64,000 bases of DNA from Tannerellaceae bacterium (GCA_031257015.1 JAIRPK010000056.1:14116-78115); one strand, 5' to 3'. Counted from the first letter of the stretch, positions 51,600 through 61,716 are shown. The notes: generated by a model not told the origin, from the letters alone. Translations and numbers: made by a program.

Positions 51600-53747
51600 A
51601 TGGCTACGCTTGAAAAAATCAGGAATAAAGCCGGGCTTCTCGTCGGAATAGTGGGAGTAGCCCTGTTTGCTTTTATAATAGGTGACTTTCTCAATTCTGG
51701 ATCAACCTTTTTCAGACAGAATCAAGAGAACGTACTGGTTGTCAATGGAACGCGCATCCCATTTCAGGAATATCAAAGACGTATAGACGAGATGGAACAG
51801 GTCGCCGAACTTCAGATGGGGCGCAATGCCCTTCCGGAAGAATATCGCACCCAGATCCGACAAAACGTTTACAATACCTCCGTTGAGGAACTCCTCCTTG
51901 CCGAGGAACTCGACAAGTTGGGAATGGCTGTCACGGCTGACGAAATCTTTGACATGATGCAGGGTGAGAACATCTCCCCGATGTTGATGCAAAACCAGAT
52001 GTTTCTCAACTCAGAAACCGGGGCATTCGACAAAAACGGGCTCCTGAATTTCCTCAAAATGACGGACGAAGAGGCAATCATGAACGCGCCAGCCGAACAA
52101 CAGGCGCAATTAGTACAGCTTCGCACGCTGCGGCTATATCTGGAGAAAATGATAAAGCTCCAAAGGCAGGAACAGAAATTCATCACCCTGCTGTCCAAAG
52201 CAATCTCCACGAATAAGGTCGACGCTAGAAACTCCTTCGATGCTCAAGCTACAAATTCGGACATCATATATGTTATGCAGCCCTACGCTTCAATCCCCGA
52301 TTCTTCAATCTCCGTGAATAAATCAGAAATAGAAAAACTCTACAACCAAAGGAAGAACGCCTACAAGCAGGCCGAAGCGAAAGTTATTAAATATATCATG
52401 GTTAACATTGCTGCAAGCCAGGAGGATTATGACAAAGCAAAGCAGGAAATCAACCTAATCAAAAACGAACTGGCAGAATTAACGAGCAACATAAAAGATT
52501 TCGTCGCCGACTACTCTGACGTTCCGTATGAAGATGTATTCCGCTCGACAGTCGGCATGGATGAAGACTTGAAGCAATTTGTAACTACATCCGATATTGG
52601 CGACATCCACGGCCCGTTCCTAGACCAAACAGCCGTACCACGTTATAGGCTCTTTAAGCTGATCGATAAAACTTTCGCTCCGGACTCCGTCTATGTTTGC
52701 CACATTATGCTCCCGAACGACGGGCACGAAACCATACTCGCAGACAGTCTGCTGGAGGCGCTGAAAAAAGGCTCTTCTTTTGCAGAGCTTGCCGCAGTTC
52801 ATTCTATTGACCGCAACTCATCTTCCAATTCAGGTGAGATGGGCTGGATGACTGAAGAAATAGCCCTGAGCGTAGTTAGCGAGGAATTCAACACAGCGGT
52901 TTTCTCCGCCCGCCAGAACGAACCTTTTAAGTTCAAATCCTTACAGGGTACACATATATTAAAAGTAACGGCCCGCACCACTAACATTCATAAATACAAG
53001 GTCGCTGTGATAGACAAGAGTGTCAATCCAAGCTCAAAAACATACGGAGACTTGTATAACAATCTTAATAAGTTTATATCGAGGAACAGAGATATTAATA
53101 AATTGGATACCGCCGCGCAGAACGCCGGCTTAACGATATTCTCGAACGTATCAGTATCGATGACGGACGAAATGGTTGCCGCTATACCCCAATCCCGCCG
53201 GATCGTGCGCTGGGTATTTGAACACAAGGGTGGTGATATATCCGAAATATTCGACTGCGACTCCAAACACTTTGTTGTAGCAGCAGTACAAGGCTCTGTC
53301 CGCAAAGGCTTCCGCTCAATCTCTTCAATGGAGGATGCTTTGAAGGCGGAACTAATCGCCAAAAAGAAAGGCGAATTAATCGCCAATGATTTGAAATCTA
53401 AAAAACTGACAACGCTGGAGGCTTATGCCCGAACAATGAATGCCCAAGTTGATTCGGTGAAGTTTATCAACTTCAATACGCCCCGTATAACGAATATTGG
53501 TATCGAGCCCAAGTTGAACGCACTGACAACCTTAGCGCCGCTCAACACTGTCAGCTCTCCGGTAGCCGGAAACAATGGAGTCTATGTATTTGAAGTCTTT
53601 AATCGGGCAAACAACGGTATGACCTACGACGAAAGAATGCAGATGGAGATGAACAACGCAGGGAATATGTACAAATACGGTTATCAGTCCATGCAATTAT
53701 TGATTAATAATGCCAACATCGAAGATAACCGTCTCCGTTTCTATTAA
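51600..53747 (+). CDS. SurA-N/PpiD-like membrane-anchored peptidyl-prolyl isomerase
   Basis: MATLEKIRNKAGLLVGIVGVALFAFIIGD, VCHIML, FAELAAVHSID and GEMGW rotamase motifs; TATCTTTG box at 51540-51547. Confidence 0.9.
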   Translation: MATLEKIRNKAGLLVGIVGVALFAFIIGDFLNSGSTFFRQNQENVLVVNGTRIPFQEYQRRIDEMEQVAELQMGRNALPEEYRTQIRQNVYNTSVEELLLAEELDKLGMAVTADEIFDMMQGENISPMLMQNQMFLNSETGAFDKNGLLNFLKMTDEEAIMNAPAEQQAQLVQLRTLRLYLEKMIKLQRQEQKFITLLSKAISTNKVDARNSFDAQATNSDIIYVMQPYASIPDSSISVNKSEIEKLYNQRKNAYKQAEAKVIKYIMVNIAASQEDYDKAKQEINLIKNELAELTSNIKDFVADYSDVPYEDVFRSTVGMDEDLKQFVTTSDIGDIHGPFLDQTAVPRYRLFKLIDKTFAPDSVYVCHIMLPNDGHETILADSLLEALKKGSSFAELAAVHSIDRNSSSNSGEMGWMTEEIALSVVSEEFNTAVFSARQNEPFKFKSLQGTHILKVTARTTNIHKYKVAVIDKSVNPSSKTYGDLYNNLNKFISRNRDINKLDTAAQNAGLTIFSNVSVSMTDEMVAAIPQSRRIVRWVFEHKGGDISEIFDCDSKHFVVAAVQGSVRKGFRSISSMEDALKAELIAKKKGELIANDLKSKKLTTLEAYARTMNAQVDSVKFINFNTPRITNIGIEPKLNALTTLAPLNTVSSPVAGNNGVYVFEVFNRANNGMTYDERMQMEMNNAGNMYKYGYQSMQLLINNANIEDNRLRFY

Positions 53748-53757
53748 GATATAAAAG

Positions 53758-54780
53758 GTGACAATCAAACAAAAACTGTTAGGAATGACATTGGCGGAGC
53801 TACGCGACGTAGCCGCTAAGGCAGAACTCCCTTCTTATGCAGCTGAGCAGATCGCCGACTGGTTGTATAATAAAAAAATTAGTTCCATAGAGGAGATGAC
53901 CAACCTCTCCGCCGCTAAACGCGCATGGTTGGGGAAGCATTATGAAATTGGCCGTTCACTACCGACTTCTTCTGCGGCATCGGCTGATGGCACGCTCAAA
54001 TACACATTCTCGGCCGCTGGCTCATGCATAGAAACTGTCGTTATTCCTTCCAAAGATCGCTCTACCTTGTGTGTCTCTTCCCAAGTGGGCTGCAAAATGA
54101 GTTGCGTATTTTGCATGACCGGGAGACAAGGCTTCACGGCCAACTTGTCAGCTGCTGACATTATCAATCAATTATTGTCAGTCCCAGAATCCGATAGTTT
54201 AACCAATATCGTATTCATGGGCATGGGCGAGCCATTCGATAACACGAATGCCGTAATGAATGCGCTTGACATATTGACAGGAACATACGGGCTGGGCTGG
54301 AGTCCCAAACGTATAACGGTATCGACAATTGGCGCTCGCGGGCTGAAACGCTTCCTGTCCGAGAGTTCTTGCCACTTGGCTGTCAGCCTCCATGCAGCAA
54401 ATTCGAATGACCGCTATTCCCTCGTACCATACGAAAAGGCCGTTCCGATACGGCAAGTCATAGCATTAATTAATCAATATGACTTTCGCCACCAACGGAG
54501 GGTATCTTTTGAATACATTGTCTTCAAGGGCGTTAATGACAGTCCTCAGCAAGCTATTGAGCTGGCAACAATGCTCCGAAATGTACCATGCAGAATAAAC
54601 CTCATCTGCTACCATCCCATTCCAGACAGTCATTTGGAAGGGGCTGAACTTCACAAGATTGAACAATTCCGTGACATTTTGAGTAGAAGAGGTCTGGTGT
54701 GTACCATCCGGACTTCAAGAGGCGAAGATATTGCTGCTGCTTGTGGTATGCTCTCTTCGGCAAAGAAACAATCTGCTTAG
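53758..54780 (+). CDS. rlmN: 23S rRNA (adenine2503-C2) methyltransferase RlmN
   Basis: CVSSQVGCKMSCVFCMTG radical SAM motif, MGMGEP, AVSLHA and GEDIAAACGML. Confidence 0.95.
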   Translation: MTIKQKLLGMTLAELRDVAAKAELPSYAAEQIADWLYNKKISSIEEMTNLSAAKRAWLGKHYEIGRSLPTSSAASADGTLKYTFSAAGSCIETVVIPSKDRSTLCVSSQVGCKMSCVFCMTGRQGFTANLSAADIINQLLSVPESDSLTNIVFMGMGEPFDNTNAVMNALDILTGTYGLGWSPKRITVSTIGARGLKRFLSESSCHLAVSLHAANSNDRYSLVPYEKAVPIRQVIALINQYDFRHQRRVSFEYIVFKGVNDSPQQAIELATMLRNVPCRINLICYHPIPDSHLEGAELHKIEQFRDILSRRGLVCTIRTSRGEDIAAACGMLSSAKKQSA

Positions 54781-54817
54781 AGTAGCATTAAAATGATAAA
54801 GAATAACAGGTTGTCCA

Positions 54818-54850
54818 TAAATAGCCTCTTGAAATTCAAGAGGCTATTTA
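54818..54850. terminator. Terminator hairpin after rlmN; insertion landmark of the intron
   Basis: Perfect inverted repeat TAAATAGCCTCTTGAA-A-TTCAAGAGGCTATTTA. Confidence 0.85.
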
Positions 54851-54856
54851 GTTTAA

Positions 54857-55691
54857 CTGCGCAAGCATGCCAACCCACTTGCTGGTTCAAGTCCAATACG
54901 GAGGTCGGTAGTTACCAACCGTTGGCCCAAAGCAAGGGTGTCCGTAGCGATGCGGAATCTGAAGGAAGCCGGCGGCAAAGTCCTGAACTGAGAACACGAA
55001 CGACATAAGACATGTTCCGCCGGACGAGTTTGCTTAACAGAACGAAGTCCAATAACTACCCGGAGGCGGTGGATGTAAATGTCGCAGTTACATGGGATGT
55101 AGCTGAAAAGTTGTCTTACCTTGGGAGGTCTCACGGACGTGCATAAGGCATATCCAGAAGCTCAGAGTAAAGCTTGCCGGGAGAAGTCAGCAGAAGCAAT
55201 AGTAATACGGACACAAGCCCGCGGAGCGAAAGAAAGCATGAAACGGGACTCTTACAAAGTATGAAGGGCTGAAACTTATCAAAAGGAGAAGATAATGAAG
55301 CTACCTTATGCAGGGAAGAAAGCAGAAAATATAGAAAGATAGCTACCGTCAGAAGGTCAGGTCGGAAACCAGCAGATATGACGAAGCGCATACTTGCGTT
55401 GGGAGTGACTGAAAACACCCTCATGGAAGTGCATTTTACGGAAGAACATCTGTGTTGGGGCGCATACTTGCGCCGTCGAACCTTAATCTTGCATACAGGC
55501 AAGTGAAACGCTACAGAGGAACGTATGGCGTGGACAAAATGGATACGGATGCCTTGCTGCCGTATCTTCTTGAGCATAAGGAAAGCCTGGCAGCATCTCT
55601 TTATTCAGGGACATACCGTCCCAATCCTGTTCGTCAAGTAGAGATACTCATTCAGCAGGCAATCAATCAGGTATTATCGCCCATATATGAA
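54857..55691 (+). mobile_element. Decayed, 3'-truncated class IIC group II intron with RT/maturase pseudogene
   Basis: Starts 6 nt after a terminator hairpin, the IIC target preference. The ORF remnant from the ATG at 55308 reads MQGRKQKI*KDSY..., with frameshifts, then ILAPSNLNLAYRQVK..GVDKM..YRPNPVRQVEI and LIQQAINQVLSPIYE. The LGIP..DR segment is missing and no domain V/VI was seen. Confidence 0.88.
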
Positions 55692-56137
55692 ATGGGTGCG
55701 TCCATGATTATCAAACAAGTCTCCGATAATTGAATCCGCATACGGATTGTAGTCGCCAATGAACGTATTCGGCAGTACGACTTTCCAAACCTCCCCCTGA
55801 TCGCGTTCACAGCCCGTGATTCGTTCCTAACCTTTTATCTCAACACGCTCCCCCCGGCGCGGCGCGATAAATAATCCGCCCGGCATCGTTCTCGCCTCCG
55901 CGCGGAGGATTAATCCATTCCCTGTAAACTCCGGCATGAACGGTAATAACGTCTCCGGCGTATGCTACGTTTGCCGCACAGGCTGATTGTTCTGAAAGGT
56001 GCGCTTCCCGAACCGCTTACACTGTCATTTCCCTTGACGGGAACATGATCTCCCCCGGCTCCGGCAGCCATGGACAATAAGGCCGCCATACTGCTTGTCA
56101 ACACTGTTCTTTTGATTGTTCGTGCAATTGATTTCAT
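55692..56137 (-). pseudogene. Truncated pseudogene of an exported DUF1565/right-handed beta-helix protein
   Basis: Hand translation gives KGNDSVSGSGSAPFRTIS, a frameshift, AGDVITVHAGVYREWINPPRGG..RIIYRAAPGERVEIKG*E..VWKVVLPNTFIGDYNPY..IGDLFDNHGRTH, then it breaks off at the intron remnant. Confidence 0.75.
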
Positions 56138-56261
56138 CCTGTCGCATAAAGTGATTTGTTTATGGCTCCCGATTCTCTGCCTTCAATTTCCGGAATCCTT
56201 TATTTTATGGTTTAGAATATAAAGTGTGGTTGATGGTTAAATTCTCATTCCGATTGCCCTC

Positions 56262-57740
56262 TCAATTCCCTGTTAAAAATGTTTGCGCTGCATAATCGTA
56301 CAGGGCGACGCTGCGGATGTTGAAATAGTATGTCCAATACTTGTGCATCTCGGCGATGAGCTTGATCTTGGCCTCGTCTTTTGAGCGGCGTGCATCGTTG
56401 AGGTCGAGCACGTTTATGTTTCCGGTCATGAACGTTTCGATGGAAGCGGCGTAGCGCCTGGAGGCAATGCGGTCGGCCTGCATGGCAATGTCCAGCTGCG
56501 CGGCCTGGTTGTTGAAGTTTTCGACGAGGAGGAAGATGCTGGCGTCAAAGGTCATCTGTTCCTGCCTGGCCTGTGCGATGAGCGCCTCGCGGTTGGATTC
56601 GGCAACGCGCACCTTGCCCTTGCGCTTGCCCCAGTCGAGGATGGGGATGCTGAGGCCGATCTCGACGATTTGGTTTCCGCTCAGGCGGTTGTAGGCTGCG
56701 GAGGGAAGGGGATCCTTTCCGGTATACCCGACGGAAGCGTAAAGGTCAACGCTTCGCTGTTCGCCTTTGGCAGCGGCAACGGAATAGTCCGCCTCGATCT
56801 GCCGCCGGAGGATGTTTTTGGAGAATGAGTTGTTGCTGACGGCCTTGTCAAGGACGTCGCGATAGTCTATGCGAAGCGATGGAACTGCGGCGGGCGCGAG
56901 CGGTTCTATCGTGATGCTGTCGGCGATGCCGAGGAAGGAGCCGAGGCGGAACCGAGCGGCGTTGAGCGTCGATTGAGCTTCAGTGACCGTCCCACGTGCC
57001 TGGAGGGCATTAAGTTCCAGTTGCATCAGCTCGCTTTCGGAGATGTAGCCAAGCCGTCGTTTCTCGGCAGCTATGTAGTGCAGCCGATTGGCATTGTCGC
57101 TGTTCAGCAGGGCTATGTCGAGATTCTCGCGTGACTGAAGGAGGTTGAAGAAAAGCGAAAGGGCTGCAAGGGCGACCTCCTCCATGTTTTCGGCAAATGT
57201 TGACTGTGCCTCACGATATTTCAGCGGCTCGATTCGGCGTTTCCATTTCTGATGATTGGTTCCGAAGACCGGCTGGACGAGGGTCAGGCTCAATGGTATG
57301 CTCATGTATTCGTTCCTTGACCCGATGCCGAGCTGGCGCGTGAAGTCGAGCGACGAGGCGAGGGTTATCTTTCCTCCGGTGAGTGCAATGTTCTGTTCGA
57401 CAGACATTCGTCCGCTCAGTCCGAGCCGGTTTTCATGCGCGTAAGTGTATGTGCCGTCTGATTGTCGATAGAGGCTGTAACGGTTGCTGTACGCCGGCAA
57501 TGTTCCGTTGAAGCTGATTTCCGGCAGCTGGTCGGCCTTGTGTGTCCGATGCTCCCAGTAAGCCGTTTTCAGTCGGTTGACCGCTACGGCTGCATCTGCC
57601 GATTGTGATTTTGCCAGGCGTATGGTTTCGTCCAGCGACAGTTTCAGGGTATCTTCCTGCGCCAAGACGGGCATGTCGATGAATAGAAGGAGAGCGGCGG
57701 CAGCCCGGAGGACAGACCTGTATGTATATGATGATTTCAT
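56262..57740 (-). CDS. TolC-family outer membrane efflux protein
   Basis: Signal peptide, LSLDETIRLA, LPEISF, QPVFG and LSIPILDWG repeats; 492 aa. Confidence 0.92.
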   Translation of the reverse strand: MKSSYTYRSVLRAAAALLLFIDMPVLAQEDTLKLSLDETIRLAKSQSADAAVAVNRLKTAYWEHRTHKADQLPEISFNGTLPAYSNRYSLYRQSDGTYTYAHENRLGLSGRMSVEQNIALTGGKITLASSLDFTRQLGIGSRNEYMSIPLSLTLVQPVFGTNHQKWKRRIEPLKYREAQSTFAENMEEVALAALSLFFNLLQSRENLDIALLNSDNANRLHYIAAEKRRLGYISESELMQLELNALQARGTVTEAQSTLNAARFRLGSFLGIADSITIEPLAPAAVPSLRIDYRDVLDKAVSNNSFSKNILRRQIEADYSVAAAKGEQRSVDLYASVGYTGKDPLPSAAYNRLSGNQIVEIGLSIPILDWGKRKGKVRVAESNREALIAQARQEQMTFDASIFLLVENFNNQAAQLDIAMQADRIASRRYAASIETFMTGNINVLDLNDARRSKDEAKIKLIAEMHKYWTYYFNIRSVALYDYAAQTFLTGN

Positions 57741-57943
57741 GATTCACGAATTGTTTTCGGTTCTCTGTTTTTAGTTTTCAGTTATTCGTAACGGGTTGAG
57801 GATGGAGATGACGGAATGGAGATGCCTCCGCTTTGCTCCAAATCGGGATGCGGGAATTGAAAATAAATAATGATGCTTCGCGCCTGCTTAACGGTGAATC
57901 AATCGGCTTCATGCTCTGCTTCCCGCTCTTTATTTTCAATCCA

Positions 57944-58246
57944 TCCGGAATCCCGAAAGTATTTTTCCTTGCGTCGGGAAGAATTTCCGGAATCCCGAAA
58001 GTATTTTTCCTGACGTCGGGAAGCTTTTCTGAATCCCGAAAGTATTTTTCCTGATGTCGGGAAGCTTTTCTGAACCCCGAAAGTATTTTTCCTGACGTCG
58101 GAAAGCTTTTCTGAACCCCGAAAGTATTTTTCCTGACGTCGGGAAGCTTTTCTGAATCCCGAAAGCTTTTTTCCTGACGTCGGGAAGCTTTTCTGAACCC
58201 CGAAAGCTTCCCGACGCCGGTAAAAATACTTTCGGGGTTTCGGAAA
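57944..58246. repeat. 41-bp tandem array (6 units plus a partial one) ending in an inverted unit
   Basis: CCCGAAAG at 57952, 57994, 58035, 58076, 58117, 58158 and 58199. Unit CTGAAYCCCGAAAGTATTTTTCCTGACGTCGGGAAGCTTTT; 58201-58246 is a reverse-complement unit. Confidence 0.95.
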
Positions 58247-58263
58247 TGCTTGTCTGTTTCGAT

Positions 58264-59544
58264 TTATTCGTATCGCAGTGCATCAGCGGCTTGCATCGAG
58301 GCGGCGCTTCTTGCCGGGAGCCATATTGCGATGGCAACGACGGCGGCCATGGCGCTCAGCGAGATGATGTTTACGATTATGAATCGTGCAAGGGGTCTGT
58401 CCGGCAGATATGTTTCCGGCAGGAGTTCTTCTCTGCCCATGGTTTCGATCAGTCCGGCGTTGAAGAGGTTGGCCTCGATGAGCATGGCGGGTATTGCGGC
58501 GATGAGGAGAAGGATGAGGCCTTCGAGGATGAATTGCCTTCTGATGGCGAGCTGCGATGCTCCGAGGGCTTTGCGGATGCCCGTTTCTTCTCTCCGCTTG
58601 TTGACGCGATACCAGAATGTGCCTGTTACGCAGAGAAGGATGTTGACGAGGAGGAAGATCATGAGGAAGATTCGCAGCCTGATGTCGTTCGGCAGTCCGT
58701 AAGTGGCGTTGACTTCTTGGGCGAAGGCTTTCATGGATGTCATTTTCTTGAAATAGTAGTTGCCGAAGCGGAAGTTGTCCTGCATTTCCTTGCGGAAGGC
58801 GTCGATGAAGGCTGGTGCGGATGATGTTAGCCTGACGGCGATTTCGGCGTTCGAGATGTTGCTCGTGTCGAGGTTTTCGGGGAAATAGACGGTGAAGTCC
58901 GGTCGGCGATAGTCGAAGCGCTTCGTGTCGTCAATGATTCCGACTATGCGCCATTCTCCGGCGCTGTTGCTGTTGCCTTTCCATAGCGTCTGACCGACTG
59001 TGGCTTTGAGCGCTTTGGCTACCGAGCGGCAGATGATGATGGGGTGTGCGCCGCCGAGGTCATAATTTCTGACGGAGGCTTGCGAGCTTCCTAAATCTGT
59101 CGTATGTCCGAAGACGCGGAAGTAATCGCCTGTGGCGTCAAATGTTATCATTCTGGGATAGATTATTTTCAGCGTATCCGAGGGGTTCAGGAAGCCGGAT
59201 GCGCTCACGCCGCTGCTGCCGGGCAGAGACCAGTAGTTGGTTGATACGACGGCTTCGACGCCGGGATAGTTTTTCAGCCGGTCGAGTATGCGCCGGTGGT
59301 TTTCAAGGCGTGCTGTTGCCGTGGCTTCTTCGGGGCGGTATTCCGGAGCCTGTTCGGGATATTCTCCGACAGTGATTTGCCATGCGTTGTCAATATTGCG
59401 GCAGTTCGGTATGGAGAGATTGTATTTGAGGACAAAGAAGTAGTCTGTCATGAACCAGACGAGGGCGAAGACGAGGGTCAGCTCGATGATGAGCCAGAGG
59501 TTGCTGCGCCGGCGGTTCCATATTTGTGTGATGAGTGTTTTCAT
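58264..59544 (-). CDS. ABC transporter permease (MacB/FtsX-like)
   Basis: N-terminal TM, large periplasmic domain, IVGIIDD and RREETGIRKALGA. Confidence 0.9.
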   Translation of the reverse strand: MKTLITQIWNRRRSNLWLIIELTLVFALVWFMTDYFFVLKYNLSIPNCRNIDNAWQITVGEYPEQAPEYRPEEATATARLENHRRILDRLKNYPGVEAVVSTNYWSLPGSSGVSASGFLNPSDTLKIIYPRMITFDATGDYFRVFGHTTDLGSSQASVRNYDLGGAHPIIICRSVAKALKATVGQTLWKGNSNSAGEWRIVGIIDDTKRFDYRRPDFTVYFPENLDTSNISNAEIAVRLTSSAPAFIDAFRKEMQDNFRFGNYYFKKMTSMKAFAQEVNATYGLPNDIRLRIFLMIFLLVNILLCVTGTFWYRVNKRREETGIRKALGASQLAIRRQFILEGLILLLIAAIPAMLIEANLFNAGLIETMGREELLPETYLPDRPLARFIIVNIISLSAMAAVVAIAIWLPARSAASMQAADALRYE

Positions 59545-59593
59545 TTGCTGTGATGGTTGTTTGTTTACTGGATGATATTCATGTTCATTTCTT

Positions 59594-60892
59594 TTAGTTT
59601 TCTGTCGGGTTGAGCGAATAAACGATAGGTCGCCGTGCTGCTCTCCAGGCCGGAATGAATGCCGACAGGAGGTTCAGGAGGATACATACGGCCAGTGCGA
59701 TTGAAAATACCGGCAGGTTGATGAGCATTGAGGGCGATATGGCTGTATCAACGCCTTCCGGGGGGATATTGCCGAAGTTGCTTCCCGTCTGCATAATCCA
59801 GTTGCGACCGAGGATGATGATTATGTATGAGAAGATGAGGCCGAGGGCGCCTCCGAACGCGGTGAATACCAGATTTTCGGTCAGCACTTGTCGGATGATA
59901 TTTCCGGCCGGCGCACCGAAGGCCCGGCGCACTCCCATTTCTTCCATCCTTCTTTCCATCCTCGATTCGGTCATTCCGGAGAGGCTGACAGCCGGGACAA
60001 GGAGGAGGATGAAGAATATGAGTGTGTATTGGATGATGATTTTCGTAAAGTCCGGAGCATGGTTGCCGCCTAGCCTGAAGGTCGATTGCCATTGGCTGTC
60101 GGGCTGGCCGACGATGCTGAACTCTGCCTTGAGAGTTTGATTGTATTTGGATACGTTTTCCAGTATTGTTTGTTTAATCTTCGGGATGTCGGATGCTGTC
60201 CGGGCGAGGATACAGGCCTGATATGCGCCTAGGGTTTTCTCCGGAGCGGCGGCGTGCTCCCAGTTCGGGAGGACGGTATAAGGAAGATAGATATGCGCGA
60301 AGGTTCTCTCGGTTATGAACGAGGCGTCCCTGACGATGCCGCAGATGCGGAAGTTCCGGAAATTCATGCTGACTTCCCGCCCGACGACGTCTGTTGTCCC
60401 GAAGATTTTGTTTGCCAGCGAGCGGGTTATAACGGCAACCGGCAGGCTTGAACGGAAGTCTTCCTTGGTGAACGGTTTGCCCTCGATGTAGTGGAAGGGG
60501 AAGACGGTCCAGAAATTGTCGTCGATATATTTGACGGTGACTGGCGGCTGCTCCTTGCTGTTCGGGAGCTGGATGTAGCATCCGTCGTTCCATGTTTGAT
60601 GGATGGCGGTTATAGCCTCGACGTTTTCAATGTTGTTGAAACATGTTTCGATGGTGTGGAGAGCGAGTGAGGAGGCATAAAATCCTCCATCGGCGGCTTT
60701 TTCCGTTCCGCTTTTGACGAGAAGCATACGGCTGCGGTTCGTCTCCGGATATATATCCGCAATCTTGAGGTAGAAGACGATGGAGAGAGACATGACCATA
60801 GTGATCGAGAGTCCGGTTCCGATGATGTAGATAGAGCTGAACAGTCTTTCTTGCCTGATTATGTTCAAAGCCTGTGTTATGGACTTTTTCAT
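59594..60892 (-). CDS. ABC transporter permease (MacB/FtsX-like)
   Basis: SSIYIIGTGLSI, VAVITRSLANKIFG and RMEEMGVRRAFGA. Confidence 0.92.
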   Translation of the reverse strand: MKKSITQALNIIRQERLFSSIYIIGTGLSITMVMSLSIVFYLKIADIYPETNRSRMLLVKSGTEKAADGGFYASSLALHTIETCFNNIENVEAITAIHQTWNDGCYIQLPNSKEQPPVTVKYIDDNFWTVFPFHYIEGKPFTKEDFRSSLPVAVITRSLANKIFGTTDVVGREVSMNFRNFRICGIVRDASFITERTFAHIYLPYTVLPNWEHAAAPEKTLGAYQACILARTASDIPKIKQTILENVSKYNQTLKAEFSIVGQPDSQWQSTFRLGGNHAPDFTKIIIQYTLIFFILLLVPAVSLSGMTESRMERRMEEMGVRRAFGAPAGNIIRQVLTENLVFTAFGGALGLIFSYIIIILGRNWIMQTGSNFGNIPPEGVDTAISPSMLINLPVFSIALAVCILLNLLSAFIPAWRAARRPIVYSLNPTEN

Positions 60893-60897
60893 GTGCG

Positions 60898-61563
60898 TTA
60901 AGATATTTGTCGTCCGTCGAAGAAACGGATGGTGCGGTCGGTCAGTTTCGCTTGCGCTTCATTATGCGTAACCATGACGATGGTTTTCCCGTCCTCCCGG
61001 TTCAGCTTGTGGAGCATGTCCATGACTTCGTTCCCCATCTTGCTGTCGAGGTTTCCGGTCGGCTCGTCGGCCAGGATGATACCCGGATTGCCGATGATAG
61101 CTCTTGCGATGGCTACTCTCTGGCATTGCCCGCCTGAAAGTTGTGTCGGGAAATGTTTCATGCGATGGGAGAGACCTACTTTCTCAAGGACTTCCTGTGC
61201 AATTCGCCTGCGCGTTGAAGAAGGTGTTTTGCGGTAGAGAAGCGGAAGCTCTACGTTATCAAGAACGTTGAGCGAATTAATCAGATGAAAGCTTTGGAAG
61301 ACGAATCCCAGTTCCTTATTGCGAAACGACGCCTGTTGCTTATCGTTCATGCCCTCGGTTGAGACGCCGTTGATTTCCAGCTTGCCGGTCGTAGGGCGGT
61401 CGAGCAGGCCGATGATGTTGAGGAGCGTTGATTTTCCACATCCGGAAGGCCCCATGATGGAGAGGAACTCTCCGGCTGGGACTTCGATATTAACATTCTC
61501 TAATGCAACCGTTTCTATGTCCTTAGTGTAATAGACTTTTTCCAGGCGAGATAATTTGATCAT
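60898..61563 (-). CDS. ABC transporter ATP-binding protein (MacB/LolD-like)
   Basis: GPSGCGKST, LSGGQCQR, LADEPTGNLDS and MVTH motifs. Confidence 0.97.
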   Translation of the reverse strand: MIKLSRLEKVYYTKDIETVALENVNIEVPAGEFLSIMGPSGCGKSTLLNIIGLLDRPTTGKLEINGVSTEGMNDKQQASFRNKELGFVFQSFHLINSLNVLDNVELPLLYRKTPSSTRRRIAQEVLEKVGLSHRMKHFPTQLSGGQCQRVAIARAIIGNPGIILADEPTGNLDSKMGNEVMDMLHKLNREDGKTIVMVTHNEAQAKLTDRTIRFFDGRQIS

Positions 61564-61716
61564 GATTGTAATTATTTAAAATTGTTGATGCTGTTTATGA
61601 TTCTGTTTGATTTTGACAGTGAAGATTTGAGTATGTACGCGAACATGTGGCGACGAGTGGGGGATTTGGCAGATAGATCTTGCCCGCGACTGAATGAGAA
61701 ACGGAGTATCCAATTC

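Noticed and set aside
54857-55691. RT fragment as part of a DGR, retron or defence RT
   Set aside because: Its N-terminal RT0-type sequence, long structured 5' region and position after a terminator fit a class IIC intron, and it is pseudogenised.
57833-58337. ORFs 57833-58054 and 57936-58337 over the second 41-bp array
   Set aside because: Same frame-cycling artefact; no independent coding signal.
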